A stretch of 64,000 nt of DNA from assembly GCF_009914755.1 (NCBI RefSeq), contig NC_060947.1; one strand, 5' to 3'. Numbering within the stretch: position 1 is the stretch's first letter; every line of letters begins with the position of its first letter. Origin of the DNA: the human T2T-CHM13v2.0 reference genome, Homo sapiens. Shown here piece by piece: positions 14,196 through 29,089 of this stretch. A model generated the notes under the pieces. The model did not search any database. It was not told the DNA's origin and worked only from the letters and a program-made list of their open reading frames with translations. Made by a program: the position numbers and the translations under genes.

Positions 14196-16964
14196 CATAG
14201 TCATCAAATTTAAAATGTTCTGTGCCCCACATGAGAAGACGGCATAGAGCACAGGATGACTTTAATCAATGAGACATTTGAAATTAGATTTATAATTGAA
14301 TAAAAGAAAAGGCTTGTACTGTCATAGATTTATGGTAGAATATACCAAAAATTAATGTACTGAAGACTTACAGAAAAACAAAAGGCTCTAACATTGATTT
14401 GTTGGCATGTGATGCCAATTTCTTATGAAATGCTGTCTTTTAGCAGGTGTTGCTGAGTACCTTTTTGTGCGTTGAAACAAGCAAAGAGTTCCTCCCAGAG
14501 TGTAATGATGCAGTGATGGGAAGAACTCTTCCCAGATTCAAGTCTCTCTACTGTTCTAGCTCCTGAAGAGAACAGGTGTGTCTGTCCACCAGGAGGTGTC
14601 TGTACCCTAGAGTCATGACGAGTGCAGCATCAGCGGGATATGGCTTCCCTTTCTGATCTAAGCTTTCTCACCCCTACCCACCCCTCAGCCCCAATACATT
14701 TGGTGTTTCATCTTGGGCAGCTCTCTTGCTCAAGTGTATAGGTTTCAGTGGTGCCCAAAGAAGTGAACAAAAGCAAACCCATACCTTAATTTATTCAAGG
14801 TCACAAAGAAGAAATCAACTTACTCAGTTTCCCAGTCATAACGTGTATGCGACCTGCTCTACCTAACACAAAATAATGTGTTGGGTGGACTAGCAAACAC
14901 AGGAGTTTAGAAGAAAATCAACCACTATTTCCTCAGGACCTAGAAAGGTTGATTTGTCCTTCATTTTGAGCTTCTGGGGATAGTTCAGGAGCTTATGTGT
15001 ATTAAGATTTAAGGTATTGGTCTGTAAAACTGGGATGTCAAGAAAATCAATTAAGTTCATAAACCTATCTTCCACTGCAGTACTAACTCATTATTATTAA
15101 ATGCTTAAAAATGATGAGGGCAAGATCAGTTTACAGGAGGCTTGCCCTCCACCATTATAGATTATCAGACAGATTTCTAAGAGGTAAGCTACTAAAATTA
15201 TAACATACTTTAATTTTCTCATGCATAGTAAATGGGGAAGCAAATGAACACTTCTTAGACATTCCAGGAGTAATGTTTTTAACTGATCAATGTTTTCATT
15301 TGGTTGTCTCTCAATCCTTAGGGGTAGACACCAAAATAAGGCTAAATATGTTTAATTTTTAAAAGATAGAAAACAAATTCCATAGTAACTTAATATCCAG
15401 TAATGTCTGAAATCTCTCAGTTCCCAAGGCTATTTTTAGGTCTTTAGGGAAAATATAACTATTTTTCCCCTTTCTCAGCCTTGCTATTCCCCTAAACTTT
15501 ACCCTGTCTCGCCACACTCTAAGATCCTGAAAGGAGCCAGGCTCCTTTCACTGGTGGCAGGAAGGAAATTAAAGCAGTCAGGGTTGTGAGGAGCAGGAAG
15601 CGTGGGTTCGAGTTCCAAATCCAAGAGTGTCTGTGACTTTCAGCCAGTTCCTGGATTTCTACAGGCCTCCATTTGCTCATGTATTTAAGGAGAGAAGAGG
15701 ATGTATGCTTTCTAATAGTTCTTCCAAGGCCACTGTCCTGTGATTCTTTAATGCTCCAAGTATATTCTGCTCATTTCCATGGGGGAAACTTTGTCAATAG
15801 ACCATGTAATGGGATTTGAAGGGACTATTTTCTATGGCTTCCAGAGAATTTGGAAGATATGAGTCATATAACTGCCCCCTGTAGTCCCAAATTGGTAGAA
15901 GGAAATAAAGACTAGAGTTTAGGGTATAGATTATAGATTCTCAAAGAAAATTGAGTTTTTAAGGCCCAGAAAATACTTTTTAAGGCTGGAAGTATTATTT
16001 TTCACTTTTTGATTAGCAACATGAAAGAACAGTCATAAATGTGACCAACAGTTAATACTTTCATTATCAGTTAAAAATTATAACCATTTAACTTTCAGTA
16101 TTAAATTTAATTCCATTTATGACAAAATTCTTCATGTAATGGTCCAAACTGCCATTTCGCATTTGCCTTCAGAATGAGGAGAACCTCCAATTTAGGAGAC
16201 TGGCTGGCTGTGTCACCACAGAGATTAAGATCAAGGTCAAGATTTAATAGCATTAGTTTCATTCTGTTTCAAAGCCATGAATACAAGTATAACCCTGCTG
16301 GCTTTCTTAAGAATGTGTGAAAGCTGTGCCAAAGAGTGTTCAAAACCATTATCTCTACTGGAAAAGTAATTCACAGGTTGGCTGTACTAACAGTGGGGGA
16401 GTTAATATCATCTCTAGTTAACCAGGACAAGGTTGCCCTGGAAACTGAATTGCCAAGTCTGGATTTGTATTGAGATACCTAAGAGGGACATAGCACTGTG
16501 CTAACATCATGAGTATTCTTGTAATGCCCAGTAATATCATTCGATCCTGAGCACTGCACAGTCAATGGCACAGAAATGTTGTTAACTATTTGTCCTTCTG
16601 CTGGTTCTTCCAACTTCACTTATGGATATTTATTTTCTTCTGAGAAAAGTGAAGAAATTAAAAAGGAGGGGACTCCTCTGTTTCATTCCATAGCTTCCAA
16701 GGAAGCCAAAATGCATTAGATTTTGTGTTTATTCAATGGGCTAAAATCTAAAACTCAGAGTCAAATTTAATAAGCCCTCAACACCTTGTTACATTGATTT
16801 CAAAAAAATGTTCCCACAATGCATTCTGGAACCCCATTTCTGTCTCCTTTTTTTTTTTTTTGACTCTTTTACTATATCATAGGAGATGCTCAAGCACTAG
16901 CTACATGTATGTTCTAGTCCACATGATAGTAGGATATCAAGTAGGAAAAAAATACTTAAACAGT

Positions 16965-17992
16965 CAAAATTTTGAATATACTCTTTTTATTTCAAAACGT
17001 GGGAATAACTCAAAATTTGAGCCTCCAGGACCAAAACACATTTGAACCAAACGTTCAGAAGACAAGCCAGGCCACCATTTTGGCAACATGTTTCACATGG
17101 ACAAGTGGATATTAGAGAATGATGCCCGTGACACGGCTAAAGCTATAGCACACCCACAAATAGATTCATACTTGGTTGTCTAATTTGCATGCATGAGTAT
17201 GGTGCATTCTCCATGCCACTAGTACATATATGCCTTTTCCAGAGTCAGTGCAGGATCCGTATTTGTGCAAGTCTTTAAAAGTCTGCTCCCTTACAAAATT
17301 TTACCATAATTTATCTGAGACAGCCTTCCTGTGACAAATTCTTTATGCTGCTTTTACTTTCAAAAAGTCATTTCTGAATAATAATTATAGCTGTCAAGAG
17401 TTCCAGCATCACATAAAAGAATCTGTTTGTTAGTTATTTTAATGTCAGTTCGCTGGCTGTGAGTAAACGTAGCTAAACATATCCACATGCTTGGTATCTG
17501 GACTTTGAAATCGGTAACCTTTAGCAGCAATGGCAACCTTAGACCAAAATGACAAGGTAAAAAAAAACATCAACAATAACAGAAGATGTCCCAGGAAAAG
17601 CTGGGCTTTTCTACTTTCCAAAGTAAATTCTTCCCCAGCGTGCACCAAACACTGACAGCCTGACACGCTTGTGTATGAGGGCCCACTTTTTCCCACTAAT
17701 GCTGAATTGTTGGAAACCCAAACAGCATTGAGAGCCAAGGGGGAAAATGCCTGAATCTGAAAATGAACCAAAAGAAATTGTACCAGAGAAAGGAGATGGG
17801 AACTGCAAAGAAGTTCCCAGAGTATCTCTCTCTGTCAACAAGCATGTAGAGTCTTTATTACTAGAATATGCAGAGTCCCGGGAGAATTGTTGCATCCTTT
17901 TTTGCCTTAACTCTTTTCTTGCCAGTCTTTCCCTGGCTGGTCGAACTGCCTCTACAGTTGTCCCATCCAGAAGCCACACACAGCAGCGGGCC
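16965..17992 (-). other. NDP: NDP 3' UTR (~1.0 kb; cleavage site approximate)
   Basis: Repeat-free sequence after the TGA, up to an AATAAA at 16991-16986 followed by a T-rich downstream element. Confidence 0.8.
16986..16991 (-). terminator. NDP: Polyadenylation signal AATAAA of NDP
   Basis: Plus-strand tttatt at 16986-16991; minus-strand downstream context ttttgactgtttaagtatttttt is U/GU-rich. Confidence 0.8.
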
Positions 17993-18322
<330 letters not shown>

Positions 18323-19326
18323 CTAGATTAGACCAGTGGCTCAATGCATGTTGCATTTTTTTTAAGTCAACACCCAGGCCTCATTCAGATCGATTGAATT
18401 AAAATCCTTGGAGATAGGGACCAGGCTTTCATGGTTTTCAAAGCTTCTTAGGTGATTTCTAAGTGTACTGAGGGTTTAGAACCACTGAATGACGCCCATC
18501 ACTGTGATGTGCGAGTAAAAACCAAAGAACAAAAGAAATTTCTCCTGACAGGTAGTGGTCTACCACTGGCCCAATGCATTGCAATTCTACCAGTAGCAAA
18601 ATGCAGAAAGTCAATCCAAATTGAAACCAAGAAGTAAATTAAAATGACTACCAAAAAAAAAAAAAAAAAAAAAGAAATTGATTTGTGCAGGAAATAGCTA
18701 AAGAACAGGAATATAGTTTCTGAATAAGAAAATAGGATAGCCTGAGTAATGCTTAGGAAGAAATATTCTGGGTGCTGCAATTTGGGACAAGAGAATGAAG
18801 TAGAGACAGGGCATGTCTGGGGCCCTGAAATCACACTTCTGGGTTTATATGTTGAAGGAGCCTGGGATTTATGTAATTGCATCCGCATCTTCAGAGTCAT
18901 TTGCGGCAAATATTAGGATGTACCCATTCTGATAATCTCTATTTCCAAAGATTGGGCTGGAATAACGGAGGCTATGTGTTCTTTATAGTAGCTCTTAATC
19001 TGGCTTTAGCAAACAGACACCTTTAAGAATCTGATGAAAACTACCAAAGTTATCCCCAGAAAAATGTACATAAGCACACACACAATTTGCATACAGCTTA
19101 ACGGAATGGAAAAAAGGATCATTTATGTATCCCATACAAAACTCCTGGTATCCTGGGAGTGGGAGTAATAGGTGGGTAGGGTGGGACAGCTTGACTCATT
19201 AAGCTGCATAATCCTAATATCAAGGTGGGGAGGGGAATGGAGAATCTGAGATTATTGGTCCCATGGTTATGTAAGAGGTTTTGCTTGGTGAATTTCATGT
19301 TAAGTGATGGAGAAAAAAATCCCCTG

Positions 19327-19635
19327 GGCCAGGTGTATTGTCTCATGCCTATAATCCCAACACTTTGGAGTCTGAGGCAGGAGGATCACTTGACCCCAGG
19401 AGTTTGAGACCAGCCTGGGCAACATAGCATGACCGTGTCTCTAAAAAAAAAAATAAAAAGTTAACCAGGCGTGGTGATGTGCACCTGTAGTCCCAGCTAC
19501 TTTGGCAGCTGAGGCAGGAGGATCACTTGAACCCAGGAATTAGAGGCTGCAGGAAGCTATGATCAAGCCACTGTACTCCAGCATGAGTGACAGAGCAAGG
19601 CCCTGTCTCAAAAAGAAAAGAAAAGAAAAGAAAAA
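19327..19635 (+). mobile_element. AluJ (intron 2)
   Basis: Dimeric Alu with J diagnostics and (aaaag)n tail. Confidence 0.9.
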
Positions 19636-19769
19636 TTTGTCCTATAATTCCAGAACCAACAGCAAGATCATAAAAAGTGAAACTGTTCAAATGAAAGATT
19701 AAAAGATACATATATATGCATGAAACCTTTTGACGTTTACCTTACAATATTGTAGGAATTCGCAGTTAT

Positions 19770-20165
19770 TATTAAAGACTCACCAGCTATTATCTCTGAC
19801 ATCATCCTGTAGGGCAGAATTAAACACCCAAGGTTTACAAGAAAAAAATAGCCAGTCCATCTTTCCAAAAGGGAGAAAAGATGAATTCTGGTAATTATAG
19901 ATTATTGGCATAGTTATCTGAGAATATACTGGGGCTAAATCCAACAATCACTTAGCAACCACCAAGGCAATATGAAATACTAGAAAAAAAAAACAGCAGG
20001 GCTTAGGGAAGAATAAGTTGGACTAGACCAGTGAATTTATTTTCTCTGAATGATCGCAGAGGCAGAGAGAAAATAGCAGCTGTAAGCTGTTTTGATTTTT
20101 TTAAAGCTTTTGATTCTATCCTACCTGCTCTTCATTTTGACAGGCAAAGTAAACTATCAGAAATG
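19770..20165 (+). mobile_element. CR1/L3 LINE reverse-transcriptase fossil
   Basis: Degenerate IFPKG..SGNYR (~19857-19905) and NLFSLND...FDFFKAFDS (ORF 20031) resemble CR1 RT motifs PIFKKG..PGNYRP and LDFSKAFD. Confidence 0.65.
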
Positions 20166-20167
20166 AT

Positions 20168-20350
20168 TGTTTGTTTGTTTTGTTTTGTTTTTAGAGACAG
20201 AGTCTTGCTATGTTGTCCAGGCTGCAGTGCAGTGGTTATTCACAGGCATGATCATAGCACACTACAGCCTTAAACTCCTGAGCTCAAGGGATCCTCCTGC
20301 CTCAGCCTCCTGTGTAGCCAGGACTACAGGCATGTACCACTGTGCCTGGC
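20168..20350 (-). mobile_element. FAM (fossil Alu monomer)
   Basis: Monomer with the 7SL-derived gtgcagtggttattcacaggcatgatcatagc segment; candidate TSD tc(a/t)gaaatg. Confidence 0.8.
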
Positions 20351-21321
20351 TCTGAAATGGGTTTTGAGAGACTATGCCATAGGTCAGTAGTACACAGGCT
20401 AGTCCCTAATTCCCACCCCCATTTCTCTAATGAGAGAGAGAGTCCAAGATCTTCCTTAGTCTGTTCTCCCCCCATCTCCCTGTATGTGGGAAGAGCTGCT
20501 TGATACCTCACCTTGGAGTAGTGTTAAATTTGCTAATCTCTCATCTAGATCATCTATTAGGTTGACTAAGCAGTTATTCACAGAGTCACCTTCCGTGATG
20601 GAGTCTTCAGAGGTGCAGTTTCAGTCTGGGTGGACAAAGTAAATCTGTGCCAACGAACTTAACTCAGAAGGGCCAACAATGATATGGGACATAATATCCA
20701 AGTGATGTATACACAGGTGAACCAAACGTAGGCCTAACTGACTGGGCCATTAGCACTGTCCATAAAATGACCAAGTCAACAGCGTAGGGCCATTTGTAAA
20801 TGAGCTCATCTGATTGCAATCTCACTAAAAGTTTTCAGGATGTCCAGCTCCACCCCCAGCCCACTCTGAAGGACAAGAACTCCAGGCACTGAAGGACGTG
20901 GGGCCACCTCCAATGGGCTGGGCCCCTCTTCCTTGGGAGCTGGACTGTTTGTGCAAGAAGAATGCACAGACATGTACAATAAATGCCTTCAGTAGTTCAG
21001 AATAAAATCCAAAATCTTGAAGAGGAGTCAAGGCCCTTCATGACCCAGGTTTCACATGTATTTCCAGTCTTACTTACAACTATTCTCATCACTCTACTAC
21101 CCACTCCCTACTCCAGTCAAACTTAACTACTTAGGAGTCCAAGAAAGTGCCCTGAATTCTCCTGCCTCTTGCCTTTGCTTATGTCTTCTGTCTCCCAAAT
21201 ATGTCCTTTCCACCTTGCTCTGCCTAATAAAATCCCACCTATCTATTCTCTGTAGCCAAATTCAAATGCTCTTTCCTGGAAGAAAAGACTATGAAGCAAT
21301 TATTGAACCATTGATGTTCTC

Positions 21322-21322
<1 letters not shown>

Positions 21323-21354
<32 letters not shown>
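21323..21354. repeat. (CA)16 microsatellite in intron 2
   Basis: Uninterrupted ac run. Confidence 0.95.
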
Positions 21355-21356
<2 letters not shown>

Positions 21357-21543
21357 CTAGAAGGAAATCTATCTCTGTTTTGTGTGTTGAAGTGGTAAAG
21401 CAGAAGTTTGAAAGATAAGATCCTTAAGGGATGGAAGGAATAACCATCTGCTCTCCTGGTTTACTCTCAATACTTCACATTTTAGCTTCTGCCATGCCTT
21501 ACTTGTGTTTCAGCACTTGAACATCTCCTGATCTCTTCCGGAT

Positions 21544-21710
21544 CAGAGCTTCTCAGACTGGAATGTGCGTGTGAATCATCTAGGATCTTGTTAAAAGGCA
21601 AGTTCTGATTGAGTAGTTCTGGCCTAGAGCCTGAGATTCTGCATTTCCCATCAGATTCCAGTTGATGTCAGTCCTACTGGGCTGGTGCCCACACTTTGAG
21701 TAGCAGGTCT
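21544..21710. mobile_element. MER5A hAT-Charlie element
   Basis: gaatcatctaggatcttgttaaaa...gcctgagattctgcatttc...cacactttgagtagc. Confidence 0.75.
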
Positions 21711-21774
21711 CTGGACCCATTCAAGTTTGAGGGCTGTGCTCTAGATGAATCACTAGATAACCATCATTTCGCTA

Positions 21775-21990
21775 ATAAGAACATTTATTGAGCACTTGCA
21801 ATGTGAGTTATTTCATCCTTACAACAACCCTACAAGAAAGTACTGTTATGATCTACACTATTAGGACAGATAAGGAAACTCAAGCTTTAGAGAGTTCCAG
21901 TAACTTGCCCAAACTCACATAGGTGGTAAAATGCAGAGCTGGAATCAAACCAAGGTCTATCTGAAACCAAAGCCCTGACCTAAACCAGTA
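21775..21990. mobile_element. MIR
   Basis: acagataaggaaactcaagc...taacttgcccaaactcaca. Confidence 0.7.
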
Positions 21991-24900
21991 TAATACCTGC
22001 CTCCTGATACCATGTTTTCCTCAAGCATATGCCAACTCACAGACTTCCTTATCTACATTGATTTGCCTCAGAAACCCCTGACCATATCCATAGACATACA
22101 AGTCTAACTTTTTCTTGTGGGCTTCTTGGGACATTAGCTTCACCATCCCCAAGCTTATGCAGAGCTGAATCTTCCAAGAGCCTTGACTGACCAGATGTCA
22201 CCATTAGCATCAGAATAAAGACCCACCTGTCCCACCCTAGAAGAGCATTTTTGCGATTTTACTCCGACAGAGTGGAAAAGTATTTTGCCTTTTTCGCAGC
22301 AGTGAACACTATGCACCCTTATTTCCATGGCACCTCTTGAAACACCCTCTATAACCTCAGGAACAAGATTCACCCATGCTTCTTCTCCCATTCTTTCCCC
22401 ACGGGCAGCCTCATAACTCCGCTCATCTTCAGGGACCCAGGTCAACCTCCAAAAGATCTGTGCTAGGCTGAGGGCACCAAGAAAATTGCAACCAGGGAAC
22501 AAAGCAGCAGAGAGATGGTGGGGGCTTTGAAAGGGTGGATGGGAACTCAGCTCACTCCAACTAGAAACTGGTCCCTTCACTCCGGTCATGAATCAAACAG
22601 ATACAAACTGATCTTTGTGCACAGAACACCCCTCCTCCCTCTCTCCCCATTTTCTTGTAAGCATCATGAAGGCAAAAAAATTGTCTCTTTTTTCTTTCTT
22701 TCCACTTTAGAGTCTCCAGCACCTTCCACAGCACCTGGACATGGTAGGCACTCAGTATAAATTTGTTCCTTTTAAAAAAATCAAATTATATCTCTCAAGA
22801 AGTCTATTGTATTATAAACACAATTTTCCTGACTCCCTCCATTTCTCCTATCACACCATGAGCTTGGTGGGTAGCAGTAGAAGATGGCTTGGGGGTCCTG
22901 TTAGGAAGCTGTTAGGACTCAGCCCTTAGCATACCAGGTCCTCTTTTCCTAGGTTTTGTCTCCCAAACCTCTTCCTCCTTATCCTTTGTTGTTGCTCTTC
23001 CAGTTCCCCACCTGCTCCTGTGGCCCTTACCGGTTCAGATAGTCATGCCCTGGTTCCATGCCCTGGCCTGGGGCCAGCATCCCCCACTCCTCACCCAACT
23101 GAGACTTTCCAGGTCTTCCCTGCCAGTTTGCTTTCCCACCCTCCATTCCTGAAATCCCCTCCCTGGCCCAAGTCCAAAACTCATCCCCCTCCAGCCCCTC
23201 CTTCCTCCACTCATCTGGGAAGGAAGGTTAGACAGATATCGGGGCTGTTTCTCTTTTACTTTTATCCTCCCTGTTAGCACCCAGCACAGTGGCTTACATT
23301 TACTTTGCTCTTCTGCCCCACCCTGTGCTTAACAAGAACTACAATAAGGTTCATTTTCCTAATCTTTTAAGGCTATAGGAGATCCCAGCAGTTATTGAGA
23401 TCTCAGTTGTGACTGAAATAGAAAATTGAGTCTAAACACCTGCTTAGTTTATAACTTTATCATCAAGATCATAATATCTTCTATTAAATGGCTATTATGT
23501 GCTGGACACCGCTGGATGCTTTACAAATCACCAACACCCATACCCATACCCTCAGGTAGACAGCTCTATTTTGCATGGGAAGAAACTGAGGCACAAAGAA
23601 GGAAGTTACTGAACTTCCTCAAAGTCACTCATTCGGCAAGCCATGGAGCTGGAATTGGAAACCAGGTCTCTCTCACTTCAAAGCCTGGCATGCCTCAGTT
23701 CTCATAGAGATTCCACCAGGCAGTCTGTTTCCACTATCAACTGGTCTTTTGCCTGTTTGCTCTACAGCCTTTACTCCAAATTTTAGAGAAACTTAGTCTT
23801 CCATGAAGATTATAAATGAACCTGCTACTCCCAGGATCTTTTGTACCCAAACCCAGGAGGTGCCACCACTTAAAACTATCAGGCACATCCTAATCTGTGG
23901 CCACACTGTCCTCTTTGGTGGGCCACTGTGGCCAGTCTTTTCTGCCTGACTCCCTCTCAGTCCTTTCCGGAATTGCTAGGAGATGGGCAGCAGGGACCTA
24001 GGACTGGCCAGCTGCAAGTTCAGGGCTGGGATGAACAGTCTCATTGAAAGCTCCCAGAAAGGCTTTCACTATTATTTATTTTTTCTAGAAACATTGCTGA
24101 GTATAAATTATTACTGCCAGCAGATCAGAAGCAGAGCCTGAACTTCTATGTGATGGCTCCTACATTCTACTTGTGTTCCTCCAATATGAAGATCCAAGTA
24201 GTGGGAAGATGAATGCTGTAAGGCAGACATTGCCACTCCCTGGCTATATGATATCAAGCAATCTAATTATTTTGGGCTTCAGTTTTCCTTACCAGGATAA
24301 TGGGAATAATAATGCCTGCCATCACAGGTTTCTTGGCAATGATTATAATATACAATATGAGGTGCCTGACACATATATTAGGTGTTCAAGCAGGTACACT
24401 CCCTTCCCTGAGCCTGGGTCACATTCTCCCTTTCTTGCCTTTACAAGGCCAGATAATGGATAAATGTGAGTCAGAAAGCATTAACAATTGGCAGGCAAAC
24501 AGTAGGCACATGTTTAATAAATAATGACCCTTGAACATGATGTCAAGGGATAATTTTTATAGAGACAAAAAAATCTATCCCAGTCTTTTCTTTGTAAAAA
24601 GAAGCTAGGGTAGATTGTTGTTGCCTCTTTTCTAGACATAGGCTAAATGTTTTATCCAAGTCTCTAAAGGCAAACAATTTCATTAAGTGAGACCCATTAG
24701 AGAAAAGATCAGCCCGAGAATGTAAGAGTTAAGAATTATAGAACATTTCCAAATGAAAACAGTTTTGCTCCTGGATACATAGAGAAAAATCTAACCTAGA
24801 AAAGGTCTGGGTAGTTGAGATTTTGCCAGGCATATTTTATGGCCAGGGAAGAAAGGTTTATAATTGCAAGCACCATTTACATAAAACTATTGCTATATTT

Positions 24901-26648
24901 GGGATAGTTTGGGATGTTTGAAAACAGATTGTTCCCATGAAATTACAAACATTTCTCCTGCTATCACAATTTTGCGCTGTTATTTGCCATGGCTTTCTGG
25001 AAGAAACAAAGGTGAATAACAGTACACTAAAGTCTGTTTCTAAGACTCATGCTCAGAATTCACATGTGAATTTCTTCGGTTTGAGTTCATGATGTCTCTT
25101 CTTTGACCTTCGCTAGATTAATGTGATTGTTGCCAAAGTACTCCTCCATCATTTTGTCCAGTCTTTCCAGATTGTTTTCTAGTTTTTATAGATGCTCCTA
25201 TTTCTTTGTTCCTTTCTATCATCATAGTGACACTTTCTTTGAAATAATTTTAATTCCTTTTTTTAAAAAAGAATCACGATTATGGAGGACAACTCAATAC
25301 GGAAAGAAATTATCCATGGAATAAAATCACTAAATATTCATGCTGTCTGTTTCTGAAGGGGGAGGGAAGGAGAAACTAATAATTGCTGCAGTCAACCTTA
25401 CATGGGCCCACAATTTCTGAGCAATCACACTTGTAAAAGCACTTCTCATGTTTTTTCTCAATTTGTTTTAGTTTCCCTTTCCTAAGAAGGAATTGTGGCC
25501 CTGCAAAAATTTATGTTCATCTATTTACTCCATTTTTTTTTGGTTCTACAAGCACAAATAAGAGCCAGAAAGTTTTTATTAAGTGGAAAATCTCTATTTT
25601 TTCCCACAGTCATAGATCTTATTAATATAATGGTTAAAATGATTTAACTCGAATTCTGATCCTCCTAAACTAAAATGAATCATCATCACTGAGCTATAAT
25701 CAGAGAAATTAATGGAAATTTTCAAGGCATACAAAAGTCATAATGTTTTTGAATGGAGAGTGGAGGGATTGGCTTATATGGTCTTAATTCTGGTGATTGA
25801 TACTATAAAAAATTCTTAATTATACTGGTAATTTCAAAAATTACTTGCCATACGAGAATGTTTAAGTGATTTTCATCTCAAAACTAAATGTAAAAATCTC
25901 TGAGGTTGGGCTAAACAAATTATTATTTACCAAGTGTGGACAAATTTCATTCATTGTGCCTGTTTAGGGGCAGTGACAGTCGTGAGATCTCGTATGTTCC
26001 ACCCTACAATGTGCCTCCCTTCTGGGTGGTCCATGTAGCTGGCCACTCTTGGTGGCCTTTTAAGCATGATATTCCCTTGCACACCACTGAGGCACGGACT
26101 GCCTCTGCAAGAAACATGCATCCTTTTCCAAATGAGAACGATTTGGATAAGCAATGTAAAAATGATAAATGATCATATTGCCATCTTATCTTTTGAAATC
26201 ATTTGAACAGAAATGTAGCACCTGAAGAAAGGCTCAGACCACAAAGCCAGTTATTTCACCAAGAATCTCTTTAAAGAGCCCTCCAAGAAGTATGTTCCAC
26301 TGCTCAATCGCATTCTTTGCATTCTCTTCCTCTTTATTGATGATGGAGCTAGAGAGTTATGATGACTTGTAAACTCCATTTTTCTTTTTTGGAAAAGCAC
26401 ACTACCACTCATAAACATCACAGCCAGGGACAAAGGACACCTGTCCCACTGGATGGGTGTGCACATGATTGATTAGGCACTTTTACTGATAACAGTGCAA
26501 AGCACGGGGGGAAATTCTAAAAGCCTCATTCTCCCACAAGCCCTGTGGGCCAGCCACATCACTTAAGTTTGGGCTATGATCTTAGTTCTCCATCCCCTGA
26601 CAAAGAAATATGGCTTCTTGCCTGTTTCTGAGGGAAATGCTCTCCTCA

Positions 26649-27047
<399 letters not shown>

Positions 27048-29089
27048 CTGGAATGAAAACAGAAATTACTTTCCCCAGAATTATTTACCCAGAACCACTA
27101 ATGGAACCCAGGAGGTATTAAGTAGAATTTTTCCATGTTATTTTGAGAGGAGAATATTGGTTTCTAGAGCGTCATTAGCAAAGGCTGTCATCCATTCCAC
27201 CCCAACTCCCATAGCTTATGCTACATATTTATAACCATTTGGAGGTGGACACAATGGTTTAATGGAAGCACATGTTGACTTTAATTGCTGAAGTCCATGT
27301 TCCTAGGGCCAAGAATAGTTTGAACCCATGTTAAAGATTAAACATGTTGTTCTGGCAACAACGTAACCGAATTGGGTGGTCTCATCTTTGTCCTTGGTTG
27401 GTCGGGGCGGGAGGGTCTATTCAGTTTCTCAGCAAGCTTTGGTGTCAGCGTCAGCTTACAGGGCTAGAGAGGAGGCAGGTCAGCACTAATGAACACAAGC
27501 CATGTCCCACAGGGAAGCACATTTTCCATTTCCAAGTCCATACTCACCCACCCACCTAATTTTCCACTTCTGTGCTCTAGGCTCATCCTGTTTTTGTTTT
27601 AAGCCCCATAGCACCCAGCACTGATGACAAACTGCATCTGAAATACACATTATGCTAACTGGCCTCCAGCATGGTTAAGGTATCACACGCGTATTTGCCA
27701 ACAGAGTCACATTTCTGCAGAGCCTTTGTAGCCTGGGCACATGGTGTAATTCGAAAAAGAAAGCAGTTGTTGGAACAGACTTACCATTAAAATAGGATCA
27801 TATTATACCGGTTTTTCTGAAATTTGCTTTGTTCTTTTGACCATACCTCTTGGACAAAGGACTGGGGTCCAGAGATCTCTCCAGATTACCTCACTAACTC
27901 CCCAGGCATAGCCAACACTGGTGCCTTCTTTTTTTTAACCACAACAGAAGACAGAAAGTATCAAAAATATTTTCAAACATTTAGGAAAATTGGGAGGGCC
28001 TGCTATTACATCCAAAACAAAAGGAACATGATAATTAAAGCTTCGGGAAAACTTTCAAAGGTATTTCAGATAAAAGTTTGATCATTTTGTTCATAGGCAA
28101 CATTTTCCTTAACTTCCTACTCATGAACAGTCTGAATAAACAGGGCAAAGTGTTGATAAAATCAAGATTAGGAGTTCAAGTTGGCATAAGCCAATTTATT
28201 TTGCACTAATAGAATGGCATCAGACCCATTTAGCCTCAATTAGCTGTCTTGGAAGTGTGAGGTAGGGGATCCTAAGTGGAAAGGGGTGTGTGAGATAGGG
28301 CTGTTTCAGAGCACAGAATCCCTGGCAATAGCAAAGCCTCAGCACATGTGCCTCAGGGAAGTCCTATAAATTGCAGGAAGGGCAAGGACCAGTAATGAGG
28401 GAACCCACCTGGACTTGAGTCCTGGCACTGCCATTAATTAGCTGGGGAAGCCTTACACAAGTCATTCAACCTCCTCTAGCCCAAGTTTCCTCATCTGTAG
28501 AGGGAAGGAGTTGACAGAGATGGCATCTGCTGTCCCTTCGTGTTCTAAAATGCCACCACTTGATAACTATGGATTCAGTTACTATCATCTCCATATGCAG
28601 ACAGTGAGCCCAAAGTTGACGAGACCATATTCCAGCACAACTTTGCACCACTTTATGTTCATGCTAATAGCAACATCTCATTGAAATAAATCAAACCTGT
28701 GCCCAAAGTTTCAAATCTGCAAAGGATGCAGAAGAGCATGTTTGTTTTCTTTTCATCTGCATAATCTGGGTTTTCCTATACACGTTACCCTGAAAATTAC
28801 CAAGACAACAACTCAAAGAGCCAGAACTTTCTTGGGGTCCACTTTCAGAGGATGAAATATTACTGACCATTTCCCAAGTTTCACTGTGACTAAATTATCC
28901 CAAGTGGTTATCTGTCTCTTTGAAGCCTTAATTAGTGTCAGAAAGAGAATTGATTAGATTTCACTGCTTCGGTCTACAGATATTTCCCCCAGGAGTCAAT
29001 GGCAAAAGGATGAAGAGAGAAGCAGACATTCCAGTCCTGGCCCTTCTTCTGCACTGCCAGCAACTTCTCTTCAGAGCCATGGCCAGGAG

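Noticed and set aside
14585-14600. CTCF-like ccaccaggaggtgtc
   Set aside because: Weaker 3' half of the motif and no upstream module; insufficient without binding data.
22713-22735. RE1/REST-like tccagcaccttccacagcacc
   Set aside because: Lacks the essential GGACAG core and lies in an L2 3' end, which commonly resembles RE1.
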